Positions 1-10,359 of a stretch of 64,000 nucleotides of DNA are shown here, in pieces. Location of the stretch: NCBI GenBank assembly GCA_035938475.1, contig DASZGW010000045.1, positions 17,746 to 81,745 of the forward strand, written 5' to 3'. The number at the start of each line of letters is the position of its first letter. Within the stretch, counting starts at the first letter, position 1. The notes under the pieces were generated by a model, which did not search any database, had not been told where the DNA came from, and was given only the letters and a program-made list of their open reading frames with translations. Source of the stretch: Candidatus Udaeobacter sp. GTDB taxonomy: Bacteria > Verrucomicrobiota > Verrucomicrobiia > Chthoniobacterales > UBA10450. The position numbers and the translations under genes were made by a program.

Positions 1-1
1 G

Positions 2-355
2 GCGCTCTCGCGCAATCTTTTGCGTAAGGCGGCGTTCCAGATGCTCGTAACAGGCGAATTTATCAGCGCCGACGAAGCAAAAGTGCACGGGTTGATTAAC
101 CGCGTAGCGGAACCGGAACAGCTCGACGCCGAAGTTGAGAAACTCGTTGCGGCAATCGTTGCGAAACCGCGTGTCGCTGTGGCGATAGGAAAGGAATTCT
201 TTTACCGGCAAATTGAACTGGGCATTGCGCCAGCCTATGAAGCGGCGGCGCGGACCATGGCCTGCAATATGATGGATGAAACTGCGCTCGAAGGCGTTCA
301 GGCATTCATTGACAAGCGTCCGCCGCGCTGGCCCAAGAATCCAAAGGCATCGTGA
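2..355 (+). CDS. enoyl-CoA hydratase/isomerase (crotonase) family protein, C-terminal fragment; 5' end outside window
   Basis: Frame is open to the window edge. C-terminal crotonase-like sequence (TGEFISADEA..GLINRV, ETALEGVQAFIDKRPPRW). Confidence 0.6.
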   Translation, partial: ALSRNLLRKAAFQMLVTGEFISADEAKVHGLINRVAEPEQLDAEVEKLVAAIVAKPRVAVAIGKEFFYRQIELGIAPAYEAAARTMACNMMDETALEGVQAFIDKRPPRWPKNPKAS

Positions 356-433
356 TTTTTTCAATCCTTGCCTGGCCGCCGTAACCTTGGCGAAGATGGC
401 AACGGTTCAACTGTTTGGCGATTTAATTTTTCC

Positions 434-1447
434 ATGTCCTACACTCTTCAAGAACTGGCCAGCATGTCTGGCGGCGAATTGGTTGGCGATCCAAAGCTGA
501 AGATCACCGGGGCTGCATCGCTGGCAGAAGCGACTAGCGGAGAGATCAGTTTTTTCGGCAACCGAAAGTATATCGGACTGTTGCGCAAGACGCGGGCTTC
601 AGCTGTTTTCGTTCCGCCCGATTTCGCCGAACCGCTGGCGCCCGCCCAGGTTCGCGTCTCAAATCCTACCAAGGCGTTCGAGGAAGTTGTGCTCAAATTT
701 GCACCTAAACCGATCACCTATGCTCCGGGCATTCATCCGAGCGCGATTGTCGGATCAGGCGTTCGCCTGGGAGAACGTGTATCAATCCAGCCTCATGCGG
801 TCATCGAAGACGGTTCCCAAATCGGCGATGACACAATTATTGGCGCTGGAAGTTACATTGGACATGAAACAACAATCGGGTCGGCATGCGTGATTTATCC
901 GCTCGTGACCGTTCGCGAGCGCAGCCGGATTGGTTTGCGGGTAATCATTCACAGCGGTGCCGTCATTGGTGCGGACGGCTTCGGCTTTGAAATGGTTGAT
1001 GGCCGACAGCAGAAGATTCAGCAGCTCGGAATCGTGCAGATCGACGACGACGTCGAGATCGGCGCGAACACGACCATTGATCGCGCCCGGTTTGGTCGGA
1101 CCTGGATTCAACAAGGTGTGAAGATCGACAACCTTGTGCAAATCGCGCACAACGTCGTCATCGGAAAAAATTCCGTGATCGTGGCGCAGACTGGAATCTC
1201 AGGCAGTACGCGTGTCGGCGAGCGCGTCACAATGGCGGGACAGGTAGGCATTGTCGGCCATGTCGAGATCGCGGACGGCAGCATCATTGGTGCGCAGAGC
1301 GGCGTCTCCAAGAGCATTCCAGGCGGTGTGTGGTTCGGTTATCCCGCGGGCCCGATTGACGAAGTGAAGCAACAGATTGCCTGGATCCGCGGACTGGGAA
1401 AACTCTTTGCACGAGTAAAAGAGATTGAGAAGAAACTAGGATCCTAA
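434..1447 (+). CDS. lpxD: UDP-3-O-acylglucosamine N-acyltransferase
   Basis: LpxD-type N-terminal domain (ITGAASLAEATSGEISFFGNRKY, ASAVFVPPDF) followed by long hexapeptide (LbH) repeats. ATG at 434 preferred over the TTG at 368 used by the ORF track. Confidence 0.9.
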   Translation: MSYTLQELASMSGGELVGDPKLKITGAASLAEATSGEISFFGNRKYIGLLRKTRASAVFVPPDFAEPLAPAQVRVSNPTKAFEEVVLKFAPKPITYAPGIHPSAIVGSGVRLGERVSIQPHAVIEDGSQIGDDTIIGAGSYIGHETTIGSACVIYPLVTVRERSRIGLRVIIHSGAVIGADGFGFEMVDGRQQKIQQLGIVQIDDDVEIGANTTIDRARFGRTWIQQGVKIDNLVQIAHNVVIGKNSVIVAQTGISGSTRVGERVTMAGQVGIVGHVEIADGSIIGAQSGVSKSIPGGVWFGYPAGPIDEVKQQIAWIRGLGKLFARVKEIEKKLGS

Positions 1448-1854
1448 CCTCGCAGCACACTCGAAAGAAGCCCGCGAAGCGCTTCAGAGGAAATCCACTC
1501 TGCGCCGCACGCCTGGACCGTTTCTGCTTCCAGGGAATCGGAAGTGGCGACCATCAGCTCGAACCGTTTCGCGTATTTGCTTGCGAGTCGCTCGACGATA
1601 GCGTCGGCTGTCTGCCCTGTGCGGGAATAAAAGACTTGGACGTCAGCCGGGTGTGAAGTCGCCTCTATCTTTCTTCCTTTGCCATCAAAGACGACTACTA
1701 CACGCACACCGGTCCAATCTTGATAATCTCGCAAGCGCTTGATCAGCGCTTCGCGCGCCAGCGACGACCGCCGCGCTTGGAGCTTGCGCAATTCAGGCCA
1801 TGCAAAAATAACGCTGTGTCCATCGACAATCAGATAACGGGCTCGGTTCGGCAT
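1444..1854 (-). CDS. YacP/Rae1-like NYN-domain (PIN-like) ribonuclease family protein
   Basis: YLIVDGHSVIFAWPEL..TGVRVVVVFDG..TADAIVERL..VATSD pattern matches the YacP-like NYN fold. ATG at 1854 preferred. Stop codons of lpxD and this gene overlap convergently. Confidence 0.7.
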   Translation of the reverse strand: MPNRARYLIVDGHSVIFAWPELRKLQARRSSLAREALIKRLRDYQDWTGVRVVVVFDGKGRKIEATSHPADVQVFYSRTGQTADAIVERLASKYAKRFELMVATSDSLEAETVQACGAEWISSEALRGLLSSVLRG

Positions 1855-2195
1855 TGCGATGTCTCTGCATGGAAAGCACCGACCCATGTCAGCAGACAGC
1901 GATCGAGTCGAATTTACTTTTCCGCGTCGGGTTCCCTCTTTGCCCGCTGCTTGCCTGATGCTGGTTGCATGGCGCTGGCTCGCGGCGCTGCTTTCTTGCG
2001 CTCCAGATAGGCTCTACGTCGCTTGCGTTTGGATCGTACACGGTGCTGTTGTCCCACGGGATGTCTATCGGTTGAAACAATGACAAACGCAATCTGATTG
2101 AACTCAGATCATTTTGCACCCCAACCTTCGACGCGAAATCAGGATTGCGTTTCTGCGTGCTTCGTTTAAAAAAGCCTCACTCCTCACACTCTCCT

Positions 2196-3029
2196 ATGAC
2201 GCACCGGGAATCCGCGGTTACAGCGGTCACACCGAAAGGCGTGGCCGGCTTTGCCATTTTGCTGCTCGTATTGGCCGCATTTTTTGGGTTTTTAAACACC
2301 CAAAAAATGAAAACGCTTCGCGCAAATCTTGCGACTCCACAGGCTGCGCGCGATACAGCCGAACGCGGCATACGCGAGAAACTGAATCCGTCGGCCGGTG
2401 CCGCCGTACAAGACCAGGGTAAAGTCGCACAAGCGGAAAACAGAGCCGCAAAAGCAGAAGCAGAGCTCGCCCAAATACAGAAAGAGAAGGCCGATCTGCA
2501 GACCAAATTGGACGAGAACCAGAAAGAGATCGCTTCTTTGCACACGCCTGTGCAAGAAGCGGAAAAAAAACCAAATGCTTCGCCGGCTGACAACTCCGCC
2601 ACAGCGCCCGCCGCGGATTTGCAGTCGCAAGTCGATGATCTTCGCCAGCAATTGGACAGCGCGGAAAAAGAAAAGGCTTTTCTTTCCGAGAAACTCCAGG
2701 ACGTCCAGAATCGCGCAGATCAGCCGAAGGAAGGAAAGAAACGGCGGGAATCTGTCCGCGAGACTGCCCCCCGCCGAACAGGTTTGCGCGGGACGATCCT
2801 TGCAGTCAATCAGGCGTACAACTTCGTAGTATTGAATCTCGGCACTCGTCATGGAGTCGAGTCGAATGCGGAGATGCTTGTTCTGCGGGATGGAGCGTTA
2901 GTCGGAAAAATTCGCATTTCTTCAGTTGAACCGGCGACCGCAATCGGCGATATCATCACCGGTAGTTTGGCGCGCGGCGCTCAAATTCAATCCGGAGACA
3001 ACGTAATTTATGCTGGCACAAATCCGTAA
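2196..3029 (+). CDS. membrane-anchored coiled-coil protein with small C-terminal beta-rich domain (hypothetical)
   Basis: One N-terminal TM segment (GFAILLLVLAAFFGFL), then ~150 aa of A/E/Q/K-rich coiled-coil-like sequence, then a C-terminal GTILAVNQAYNFVVLNLG..GKIRISSVEP segment. No family recognised. Confidence 0.5.
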   Translation: MTHRESAVTAVTPKGVAGFAILLLVLAAFFGFLNTQKMKTLRANLATPQAARDTAERGIREKLNPSAGAAVQDQGKVAQAENRAAKAEAELAQIQKEKADLQTKLDENQKEIASLHTPVQEAEKKPNASPADNSATAPAADLQSQVDDLRQQLDSAEKEKAFLSEKLQDVQNRADQPKEGKKRRESVRETAPRRTGLRGTILAVNQAYNFVVLNLGTRHGVESNAEMLVLRDGALVGKIRISSVEPATAIGDIITGSLARGAQIQSGDNVIYAGTNP

Positions 3030-3216
3030 TCTTGGAACAATTGTCGTCCCTGTTCTGCTGTGTGCGTTCGTGATAGGCATGTCCTCATGCGCGACACAGA
3101 AGGAAACCGCACTAGTCAGTGATCCGAATGATCGTCACGACTCGCAGATCCCGTGGAATAAGCAGGAAAAATGGGAAACCACTGGGCAGTTTGCGGGGAT
3201 GACAGATAGACGGTAG
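3010..3216 (+). CDS. small putative lipoprotein (hypothetical)
   Basis: Signal-peptide-like N-terminus ending in a lipobox-like GMSSC. Overlaps the upstream ORF by 20 nt, which suggests coupling. Confidence 0.4.
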   Translation: MLAQIRNLGTIVVPVLLCAFVIGMSSCATQKETALVSDPNDRHDSQIPWNKQEKWETTGQFAGMTDRR

Positions 3217-3294
3217 CCGCGGGCGTTGACTGCGGCAGTGAGGAACAAAAAGCGCCGTTCTGGGGTCATCAACCCCGGGCTGCAACAAAACCGA

Positions 3295-4635
3295 TCAAAT
3301 CCAGAAACCGGCTGGAATGACTGCGTTTTTGGGTATCACGACAATGCCGTCGCGGATAAAGTAATTTTCCGCATCCAAATTTGGCGGTTTACCTTCCGGC
3401 GTAATCACAACGCCATCGGCGATGCGAGCATTTTTGTCGATGATGGCGCGATCGATCACACAATTGCGTCCAATACCCAGGGGCAGCTGTGACGAATCAG
3501 TTCGTCCTAATTCAAAATAATCCGCGCCCATCACAATGCTGTTCCGGATAGTCGCGCCGCTGTGAATAACGCTGCGTATTCCCACCACACATCGTTCCAG
3601 ATGCGCATCCGAGATGATGCATCCATCCGAAATGATCGCCTGTCGCAGGGTGGCGCCATTGATTTTGCTTCCCGGCAAAAAGCGCGGATGCGTGTAAATC
3701 GGAGACTCGGGCTCAAAGAAACTGTACTCGGGCACTACATCTGTGAGATCCAGATTCGCCTCGTAGAAAGCGCGGATTGTTCCGATGTCTTCCCAATAAC
3801 CCTCAAAAATAAATGCGCTGACATGCCGGTCTTTGATCGATTGCGGGATAATATGTTTTCCGAAATCGACCAGTTCGTTCCGCAACGATTGGATGAGCAC
3901 GTCGCGATTGAAGACGTAAATTCCCATCGAGGCCTGGAACAATTCTTCGTCTTCGTCGGAGCCGATGGCGCTGAGAAGCGCCCGGCTCATCTTCATTTCC
4001 TGTAAGACTGCTTCATCGGTCGGCTTCTCGACGAAACGCGTGATTCGGCGATCAACACCACTCTGCATGATGCCGAACTCAGAAACCTGATGCAGCGCTA
4101 CCGGTTTAGTGGCCAAAGTGATGTCTGCGCCAAGCCGGATGTGCTGATGCAGCAGCGCACGAAAATCCATCCGGTAAAGCTGGTCGCCGCTTAGGACCAG
4201 GTAATAATCAAACGGACGCTCAAGGAAATAGCGCATGTTTTGCCGGACAGCGTCAGCAGTTCCCTGATACCACTGCGAGCCGGTTGGCGTTTGTTGAGCG
4301 GCGAGAATGTCCACAAAGCTTCGCGAGAAATTGTCGAACTTGTAGCTGTCTTGAATATGCCGATTCAGCGACATGCTGTTGAACTGGGTCAGCACATAGA
4401 TCGAGCGCAGCCCGGAATTCAGACAATTGCTGATGGGGATATCGACAATGCGATATTTGCCACCGAGCGGTACGGCAGGTTTGGCGCGGTCCTTCGTCAA
4501 TGGGAACAAACGGGAGCCGGCGCCACCGCCCATAATGATGGCAAGCGTTCGCTGGGTTGTGCCGGGCGGCAACGCCCCGAACGCTTCTGCGCTGGGATTT
4601 TTTGGAAACAAATCGCGCTGCGGCTGGTGTTGCAT
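3295..4635 (-). CDS. glgC: glucose-1-phosphate adenylyltransferase
   Basis: GGGAGSRLFPLT..RAKPAVPLGGKYRIVDIPISNC N-terminal motif plus a C-terminal LbH domain. ATG at 4635 preferred over the TTG at 4644. Confidence 0.9.
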   Translation of the reverse strand: MQHQPQRDLFPKNPSAEAFGALPPGTTQRTLAIIMGGGAGSRLFPLTKDRAKPAVPLGGKYRIVDIPISNCLNSGLRSIYVLTQFNSMSLNRHIQDSYKFDNFSRSFVDILAAQQTPTGSQWYQGTADAVRQNMRYFLERPFDYYLVLSGDQLYRMDFRALLHQHIRLGADITLATKPVALHQVSEFGIMQSGVDRRITRFVEKPTDEAVLQEMKMSRALLSAIGSDEDEELFQASMGIYVFNRDVLIQSLRNELVDFGKHIIPQSIKDRHVSAFIFEGYWEDIGTIRAFYEANLDLTDVVPEYSFFEPESPIYTHPRFLPGSKINGATLRQAIISDGCIISDAHLERCVVGIRSVIHSGATIRNSIVMGADYFELGRTDSSQLPLGIGRNCVIDRAIIDKNARIADGVVITPEGKPPNLDAENYFIRDGIVVIPKNAVIPAGFWI

Positions 4636-4754
4636 TTTTACCAATCAATAACTCAGCGACTGCTTTTTTGCGGTAACTTTTTTACTGCGGAGCCAAGGCG
4701 ACGCCGGCGCCTCGAGTTTTTCACGAAGGGTGTAAGCGAAAGTGTCTGTTTCTT

Positions 4755-4778
4755 GCGGCTGAGGACAGCCGCCGCTAC
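4755..4778 (-). repeat. GTAG-headed REP-like palindrome (gcggctg-agga-cagccgc + cgctac)
   Basis: Perfect 7-bp stem with 4-nt loop. On the minus strand it reads GTAGCG + palindrome, like the copies at 11735, 12288 and 14310. Lies 13 nt upstream of the glmS ATG. Confidence 0.6.
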
Positions 4779-4790
4779 ACTCCAAAAAAC

Positions 4791-6662
4791 ATGTGTGGAA
4801 TTGTTGGCTACGTTGGGCGCGCTCAAGCCGCGCCCATTTTGCTCGACGGACTGCGTCGCCTTGAATATCGAGGCTACGACTCAGCCGGCATCGCCATTTT
4901 AGACGGGGGGCGTCTGGAAACGCGAAAATGCGCCGGACGCATCGCAGCTCTCGCAAGGCTAATGAGAAAGCAACCGGTCTCAGGTTCGCTCGGGGTCAGT
5001 CACACACGCTGGGCGACGCACGGCAAAGTCACCGACCAAAACGCGCATCCACACTTCGATGCCAGCGGCAAACTGGCACTGGTCCACAACGGCGTTATAG
5101 AAAATTATCAGACGCTCAAAGATGAGCTGATCCGAAACGGTGATACAAAGTTTCGCTCCGAAACCGACACCGAAGTGCTCGCGCATCTGATAGGCAAACT
5201 CTATGACGAATCGTGCGCCAGCACGGTGGATGTTCCCGAAAAAAAGGCCCGACTGCTTACGGCCGTTCGCGCCGCGCTTCGCCAGGTAATCGGCACATAT
5301 GGTATTACTTTGGTCCATGCTGACGTGCCGGATTTCATGATCGGCGCACGGCGTGGAAGTCCACTCGTGCTTGGAGTAGGCAACGGCGAAAATTTTCTGG
5401 CCAGCGACGTCAGTGCAATCGTCGCTTACACCCGTGACGCTGTTTATCTAAATGATTTCGACGTAGTCGCTGCGGGAAGCGACAAATTCGAGATCACTTC
5501 GCTCGCTGGAGACAGCAGCGAGCATCCTGTCAGTAAAGTCGAATTTACCGCCGAAGATATCGGAAAAGGGGATTATCCCCATTACATGCTCAAAGAAATC
5601 TTTGAGCAACCAAACACGGTACGCGACGCGATGCGTGGCCGTCTCGACCCGGATGAATGCACGGCAAAGCTGGGCGGCTTGAACATGACGCCTCCCGAGC
5701 TTCGCGATGTCGGCCGTATCGTCCTTACAGGTTGTGGCACCGCGCTTCATGCCGGCATTGTCGGTGAATATTTGATCGAGCGACTTGCGAACATTCCAAC
5801 CGAAGTCGAATACGCGAGTGAGTTTCGTCATCGTAATACACCAATGACTCCTGAGACGCTGGTCTTTGCGATCAGCCAGAGCGGCGAAACCGCGGATACA
5901 CTCGGAGCCCTGCGCGAAAGCCGGCGCAAAGGCTTTCGCACTTTGGGAATTTGTAACAACGTCGCGAGCACGATCGCCCGCGAGAGCGATGGAGGAGTTT
6001 ATATGCACGCAGGACCGGAAATCGGCGTCGCTGCTACGAAATCTTTTACGTCGCAACTTGTCATTCTTACGCTCCTTGGGTTGCTCTTTGGTCGGATGCG
6101 AAATCTTTCCGCAACGGATGGAAGCCGCGTGATTGAAGCGCTTGAAGCGTTGCCCGGCCAGATCGAAACGGTTCTGGATCTCAGCGACCAAATTAAGGCA
6201 GTCGCCAAAAAATATGCCGATGCAAACGGCATCCTTTTCTTTGGCCGGCAATTCAACTTCCCCGTCGCGCTTGAAGGCGCGCTGAAGATGAAGGAGATCA
6301 CCTATCTGTTTGCGGAGGGGCACCCCAGTGCCGAGCTCAAGCATGGCATCATTGCGCTGATTCGTCCTAATCTGCCCTCCGTATTTATCGCGCCTGATGA
6401 CTCAGTTTTCTCCAAAAACCTGAACAACATCGAACAGGTTAAGGCTCGCAAGGGGCCCGTCATTGCGGTGACCAGCGGAAACGGCCCGAAGCGCCTCAAA
6501 GAAATTGCCAATGAAATAATCGTGCTGCCGGAAGTGCCCGAGTACGTAATGCCCATTCTTGCTGTCGTCCCGCTTCAACTTCTCGCTTATCACCTGGCAG
6601 TTCAGCTGGGCCGCGATGTCGATAAACCACGCAATCTCGCAAAGAGTGTGACCGTGGAATAA
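4791..6662 (+). CDS. glmS: glutamine--fructose-6-phosphate aminotransferase (isomerizing)
   Basis: MCGIVGY N-terminal Cys nucleophile, two SIS domains, C-terminal ..NLAKSVTVE. Confidence 0.95.
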   Translation: MCGIVGYVGRAQAAPILLDGLRRLEYRGYDSAGIAILDGGRLETRKCAGRIAALARLMRKQPVSGSLGVSHTRWATHGKVTDQNAHPHFDASGKLALVHNGVIENYQTLKDELIRNGDTKFRSETDTEVLAHLIGKLYDESCASTVDVPEKKARLLTAVRAALRQVIGTYGITLVHADVPDFMIGARRGSPLVLGVGNGENFLASDVSAIVAYTRDAVYLNDFDVVAAGSDKFEITSLAGDSSEHPVSKVEFTAEDIGKGDYPHYMLKEIFEQPNTVRDAMRGRLDPDECTAKLGGLNMTPPELRDVGRIVLTGCGTALHAGIVGEYLIERLANIPTEVEYASEFRHRNTPMTPETLVFAISQSGETADTLGALRESRRKGFRTLGICNNVASTIARESDGGVYMHAGPEIGVAATKSFTSQLVILTLLGLLFGRMRNLSATDGSRVIEALEALPGQIETVLDLSDQIKAVAKKYADANGILFFGRQFNFPVALEGALKMKEITYLFAEGHPSAELKHGIIALIRPNLPSVFIAPDDSVFSKNLNNIEQVKARKGPVIAVTSGNGPKRLKEIANEIIVLPEVPEYVMPILAVVPLQLLAYHLAVQLGRDVDKPRNLAKSVTVE

Positions 6663-6768
6663 TCTCCACGTTGATATGGACATCGCCGCGCGATGCGCCC
6701 CACATCCGCTGCCGCTGGAAATTTAGCGTTTTTGCAGTAAACTGCGCGCGCTCCAGCATTCTTCCCAG

Positions 6769-8472
6769 GTGCAACACAACGAAGAGTACGTGCTAAAGGT
6801 CCTCGAAGAAGGTGGACTCATCACGCGTCCGCAGATCGACAGCGCGCGGTCACTTCTAAACGGCGAACCTGGCGTAGTCGATATTCTAATCAACGACGGA
6901 GTTGTCTCCGACGTGGAGGTCTCGCGCACCCTGGCAGCGCAAGCGCATATGGATTGGATCGACATCTCTTCCATGGTGATTCCGCCACAAATCATCAATC
7001 AAATCCGGGGCGAAGACGCGCGTCGGTTCAAAGTGATCCCGGTCGCCTTCGGCGAGACCGGCCTGGTGGTGGCGGTCGGTAATCCACTCGATATCGATAC
7101 GATCGACAGCCTGAGTTTTCTCCTGCAACGCGAGTTGGAACTGGTGTGCACCAGCCCCCAGAAAATTCGTGAAGCACTGATCAAATACTACGGGACGGCG
7201 GACGAAGCAGCCGACGTCCTGCAGAAAAAAATCGGAGCAGACATCGATCTCGGATTGGAAATTGGCGATGGTTCGGAAGCGACCGCAGTCGATGAAGCCG
7301 ATGCGCCAATTATCCGGCTTGTCTCCATGTTGCTGATCGAGGCGCACCGCGCAGGCGCAAGCGATATTCATCTTGAACCGCTGGACAAGAAGTTTCGCGT
7401 TCGCTTCAGAATCGATGGCGTTTTGCAAGAGATGCAAGCGCCACCGAAACGTTTGCAATCCGCAATCATCAGCCGCCTCAAAATTATGACTGGTTCAATG
7501 AGCATTGCCGAGAAACGCCTGCCACAGGACGGCCGGATCCAGGTTAAAATCAAAAAGAAGCCAATCGATCTTCGGGTGTCAACGATTCCTACCAATCACG
7601 GTGAAGGCGTAGTGATGCGGCTGCTGGATAAATCCAGTCTAAAGCTTGGCTTGCCGGAGCTTGGATTTTTGTCAGACGACCAGGAAATGTTCGAACGCCT
7701 GATCAAACTGCCGGACGGCATTCTACTCGTCACCGGCCCTACCGGCTCCGGAAAGACAACCACTCTCTACTCCTGCCTCAACTACATCAACAAGCCCGAC
7801 CGCAAAATTATCACGGTGGAAGAGCCGGTCGAGTATCAAATGACGGGCATCAACCAGGTGCAGGTGAATAGTGAGATCGGGATGAGTTTTCCGGCGGCCT
7901 TGCGCTCCATTCTGCGCCAGGCGCCGAACATCATCATGATTGGTGAAATTCGAGACCTCGAGACAGCGAGCATTGCTACGAACGCGAGTCTCACTGGTCA
8001 CCTCGTCTTCAGTACGCTGCACACCAATGATGCCCCTTCTGCCGTGGCGCGCTTGGCCGATCTTGGTGTTCAGCCATTTCTGGTGGCTTCCTCTGTGCGA
8101 GCGATCATGGCGCAAAGGCTTGTCCGCCGATTATGTGCACACTGCAAACAACCAGGGGAACTCAGCGAGACCGAATTGCGCGCATTACGAATCGAGCCCG
8201 GTCAGCTCTCCGAGGCTCAAGTAATGAAGCCAGTAGGGTGCGAGCGATGCCGGCAAATCGGTTACAAGGGTCGAATTGGTATCTTCGAGATTTTTGTGAT
8301 CAACGACGATGTGCGCCACATGATCAACAAACGCAGCCCGACTTTGTTGCTGCGGCAACGAGCGCGTGAACTTGGCATGCGGACGCTTCGCGAAGACGGG
8401 GTCCGCAAGGTGCTCGCTGGCCTCACCTCTGCGGAAGAAGTCATCTCCATCACAGTCGGGGACGTAAGCTGA
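6769..8472 (+). CDS. GspE/PilB-family secretion/pilus assembly ATPase (copy 1)
   Basis: N-terminal T2SSE_N-type domain, Walker [10 protein letters not shown], Asp/His boxes, tetracysteine CAHC..CERC motif. GTG start as given by the ORF track. Confidence 0.85.
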   Translation: MQHNEEYVLKVLEEGGLITRPQIDSARSLLNGEPGVVDILINDGVVSDVEVSRTLAAQAHMDWIDISSMVIPPQIINQIRGEDARRFKVIPVAFGETGLVVAVGNPLDIDTIDSLSFLLQRELELVCTSPQKIREALIKYYGTADEAADVLQKKIGADIDLGLEIGDGSEATAVDEADAPIIRLVSMLLIEAHRAGASDIHLEPLDKKFRVRFRIDGVLQEMQAPPKRLQSAIISRLKIMTGSMSIAEKRLPQDGRIQVKIKKKPIDLRVSTIPTNHGEGVVMRLLDKSSLKLGLPELGFLSDDQEMFERLIKLPDGILLVTGPTGSGKTTTLYSCLNYINKPDRKIITVEEPVEYQMTGINQVQVNSEIGMSFPAALRSILRQAPNIIMIGEIRDLETASIATNASLTGHLVFSTLHTNDAPSAVARLADLGVQPFLVASSVRAIMAQRLVRRLCAHCKQPGELSETELRALRIEPGQLSEAQVMKPVGCERCRQIGYKGRIGIFEIFVINDDVRHMINKRSPTLLLRQRARELGMRTLREDGVRKVLAGLTSAEEVISITVGDVS

Positions 8473-8477
8473 CGAAC

Positions 8478-10172
8478 ATGAAGGAAAAGCAGTTAACCGA
8501 ATTTTTTATCGAGCAGCGCGTGCTCGAGTCTTCACAAGCGGAAGACGTCCTGAGCGAAGTAGAACTGAACGGAAAGACCGTTGCTCAGGCGATGATCGAT
8601 GGCGGCTTCATCGACGAGCAGGGATTTTATCAGACAATTGCCAACGGGCTCGGCACCGATTTGATCGATCTAACCGAGCGTGATATCCCGGCGGAGATTT
8701 TGCGGCTCATTCCCAGCGGCCTGGCTCGGTTACACGGTGCTCTTCCCGTTGAGATGAGCGGAACCACTTTGCGAGTCGCCCTCGTTGATCCGTTCGATCT
8801 CCACGCTGCGGAGGATCTTCGCTTTGCGCTCGGTAAAGACATCCACGTCGTCGTTTCGCCCTCAGATCAAATCGAAGACCTGATCAAACAGCATTACGGC
8901 ACCGATACGACGAGCATGGACGAAGTTCTCAAGCAACTCGGCCAAGCTGGCGAGCTTTTGTCCGTCTCAGGCGGACGCGACGGAAACGGCGAAGCGGCAG
9001 TTGAAGCCGAAGCAAACGCAACTCCGATCATTCGCTTTGTCGATCTCATTCTTTACCAGGCGATCCAGGACCGCGCGAGCGACATTCATTTCGAGCCATT
9101 CGAAAATGAGTTCAAAATCCGCTATCGCGTTGATGGCGCGCTCTACGAAATGTCGCCACCGCCGCGTCATCTTGCTCTGCCGGTCATCTCGCGGCTGAAA
9201 GTGATGGCAAGTATGAATATTGCAGAAAGACGTTTGCCACAGGATGGTCGCATTCAGAAGCATATCGCCGGGCGCAACGTCGATCTTCGAGTTTCAACAT
9301 TGCCAACTCAATTCGGCGAGAGCCTCGTGCTGCGGGTTCTTGATCGCAGCATCGTAAATCTGGACCTCGAAGCACTTGGAATGCCCGATTACATCTACAA
9401 TTTTCTGCTGGAAATTATCGAGCGTCCGAATGGCATCTTCATTGCGACCGGACCGACCGGTTCGGGGAAGACAACGACGCTTTACTCCTGCCTGCGTAAG
9501 GTCAATACGATTGATTCGAAGCTCCTGACTGCAGAAGAACCGGTCGAATACGATCTGGAAGGGATCGTACAAGTACCGGTGAACGATGCTATCGGTCTGA
9601 CGTTTGCGCGTGTCTTGCGGTCGTTTCTGCGCCAGGACCCGGATCGCATAATGGTCGGCGAGACACGCGATCTTGAGACCGCGCAAATTGCAATCCAAGC
9701 GTCTCTCACCGGGCACCTTGTTTTCACTACGCTCCATACAAACGACGCGCCCGGAGCAATCACACGCTTGATCGACATGGGTGTAGAGCCGTTTCTAATC
9801 TCATCCACGCTCGAGGCAGTCCTCGCTCAGCGTTTACTGCGCAGCATCTGCCGACAGTGTCGCACGACTTACACACCGAGCGAGACGTTACTTGCTGAGC
9901 TGGGAATCTCGCGGCAGGACATCGGCGACAAACAATTCTTTTATGGCAAAGGTTGTGACGCTTGTAACAACACCGGTTACAAAGGACGAAAGGGAATCTA
10001 CGAGCTGTTGAGACTCACCGACCCGATTCGTGAGCTGATCAATGAACGCGCACCAACGGTTACCTTAAAGCAAAAGGCTGTGGAGCTTGGAATGGTAACA
10101 CTACGCCAGGACGGCTTGCGCAGCATCTTCGCTGGCGACACCACCGTCGAGGAAGTGGTCAGATACACATGA
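8478..10172 (+). CDS. GspE/PilB-family secretion/pilus assembly ATPase (copy 2)
   Basis: Same architecture as copy 1 ([17 protein letters not shown]). Starts 5 nt after copy 1 ends. Confidence 0.85.
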   Translation: MKEKQLTEFFIEQRVLESSQAEDVLSEVELNGKTVAQAMIDGGFIDEQGFYQTIANGLGTDLIDLTERDIPAEILRLIPSGLARLHGALPVEMSGTTLRVALVDPFDLHAAEDLRFALGKDIHVVVSPSDQIEDLIKQHYGTDTTSMDEVLKQLGQAGELLSVSGGRDGNGEAAVEAEANATPIIRFVDLILYQAIQDRASDIHFEPFENEFKIRYRVDGALYEMSPPPRHLALPVISRLKVMASMNIAERRLPQDGRIQKHIAGRNVDLRVSTLPTQFGESLVLRVLDRSIVNLDLEALGMPDYIYNFLLEIIERPNGIFIATGPTGSGKTTTLYSCLRKVNTIDSKLLTAEEPVEYDLEGIVQVPVNDAIGLTFARVLRSFLRQDPDRIMVGETRDLETAQIAIQASLTGHLVFTTLHTNDAPGAITRLIDMGVEPFLISSTLEAVLAQRLLRSICRQCRTTYTPSETLLAELGISRQDIGDKQFFYGKGCDACNNTGYKGRKGIYELLRLTDPIRELINERAPTVTLKQKAVELGMVTLRQDGLRSIFAGDTTVEEVVRYT

Positions 10173-10271
10173 GGAAATGACGAAGCAGTAATGACAAAAA
10201 AAGGCCGAAGGAAGCCAAAATCACCAAATGATGAAACAACAGACGTCGCTTTTCCCTTCCTGGGCGCTTTG

Positions 10272-10292
10272 TCATTCGACATTCGCATTTCG
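10272..10292 (-). repeat. three tandem heptamers (CGAAATG CGAATGT CGAATGA read on minus strand)
   Basis: Plus strand reads tcattcg acattcg catttcg. This is an inverted copy of the heptamer tract at 11663-11697, so the two tracts flank the gspF/pilC-like gene. Confidence 0.7.
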
Positions 10293-10359
10293 TCAGTTTG
10301 TCGGATCGTGGAATCCTAGTGCTCGACACAGCGTCCCGAGTTAACTAAAATCGCTCGCC

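Noticed and set aside
1889-2119. A 76-aa minus-strand ORF upstream of the NYN gene.
   Set aside because: The sequence is low-complexity with no signal peptide or motif, and it lies in a divergent promoter region. There is no support beyond being an open frame.
4645-4790. Possible glmS ribozyme upstream of glmS.
   Set aside because: I could not find the conserved glmS ribozyme core or pseudoknot sequences. The region instead holds a REP-like hairpin and divergent promoter space. A covariance-model scan (Rfam RF00234) would be decisive.
10300-10359. Possible sigma-54 promoter (tggaatcctagtgct) upstream of the gspF/pilC-like gene. A related candidate, ggcacgaatgacg, lies at 11657.
   Set aside because: The GG-to-GC spacing is off by one in the first candidate, and the -12 TTGC element is missing in the second.
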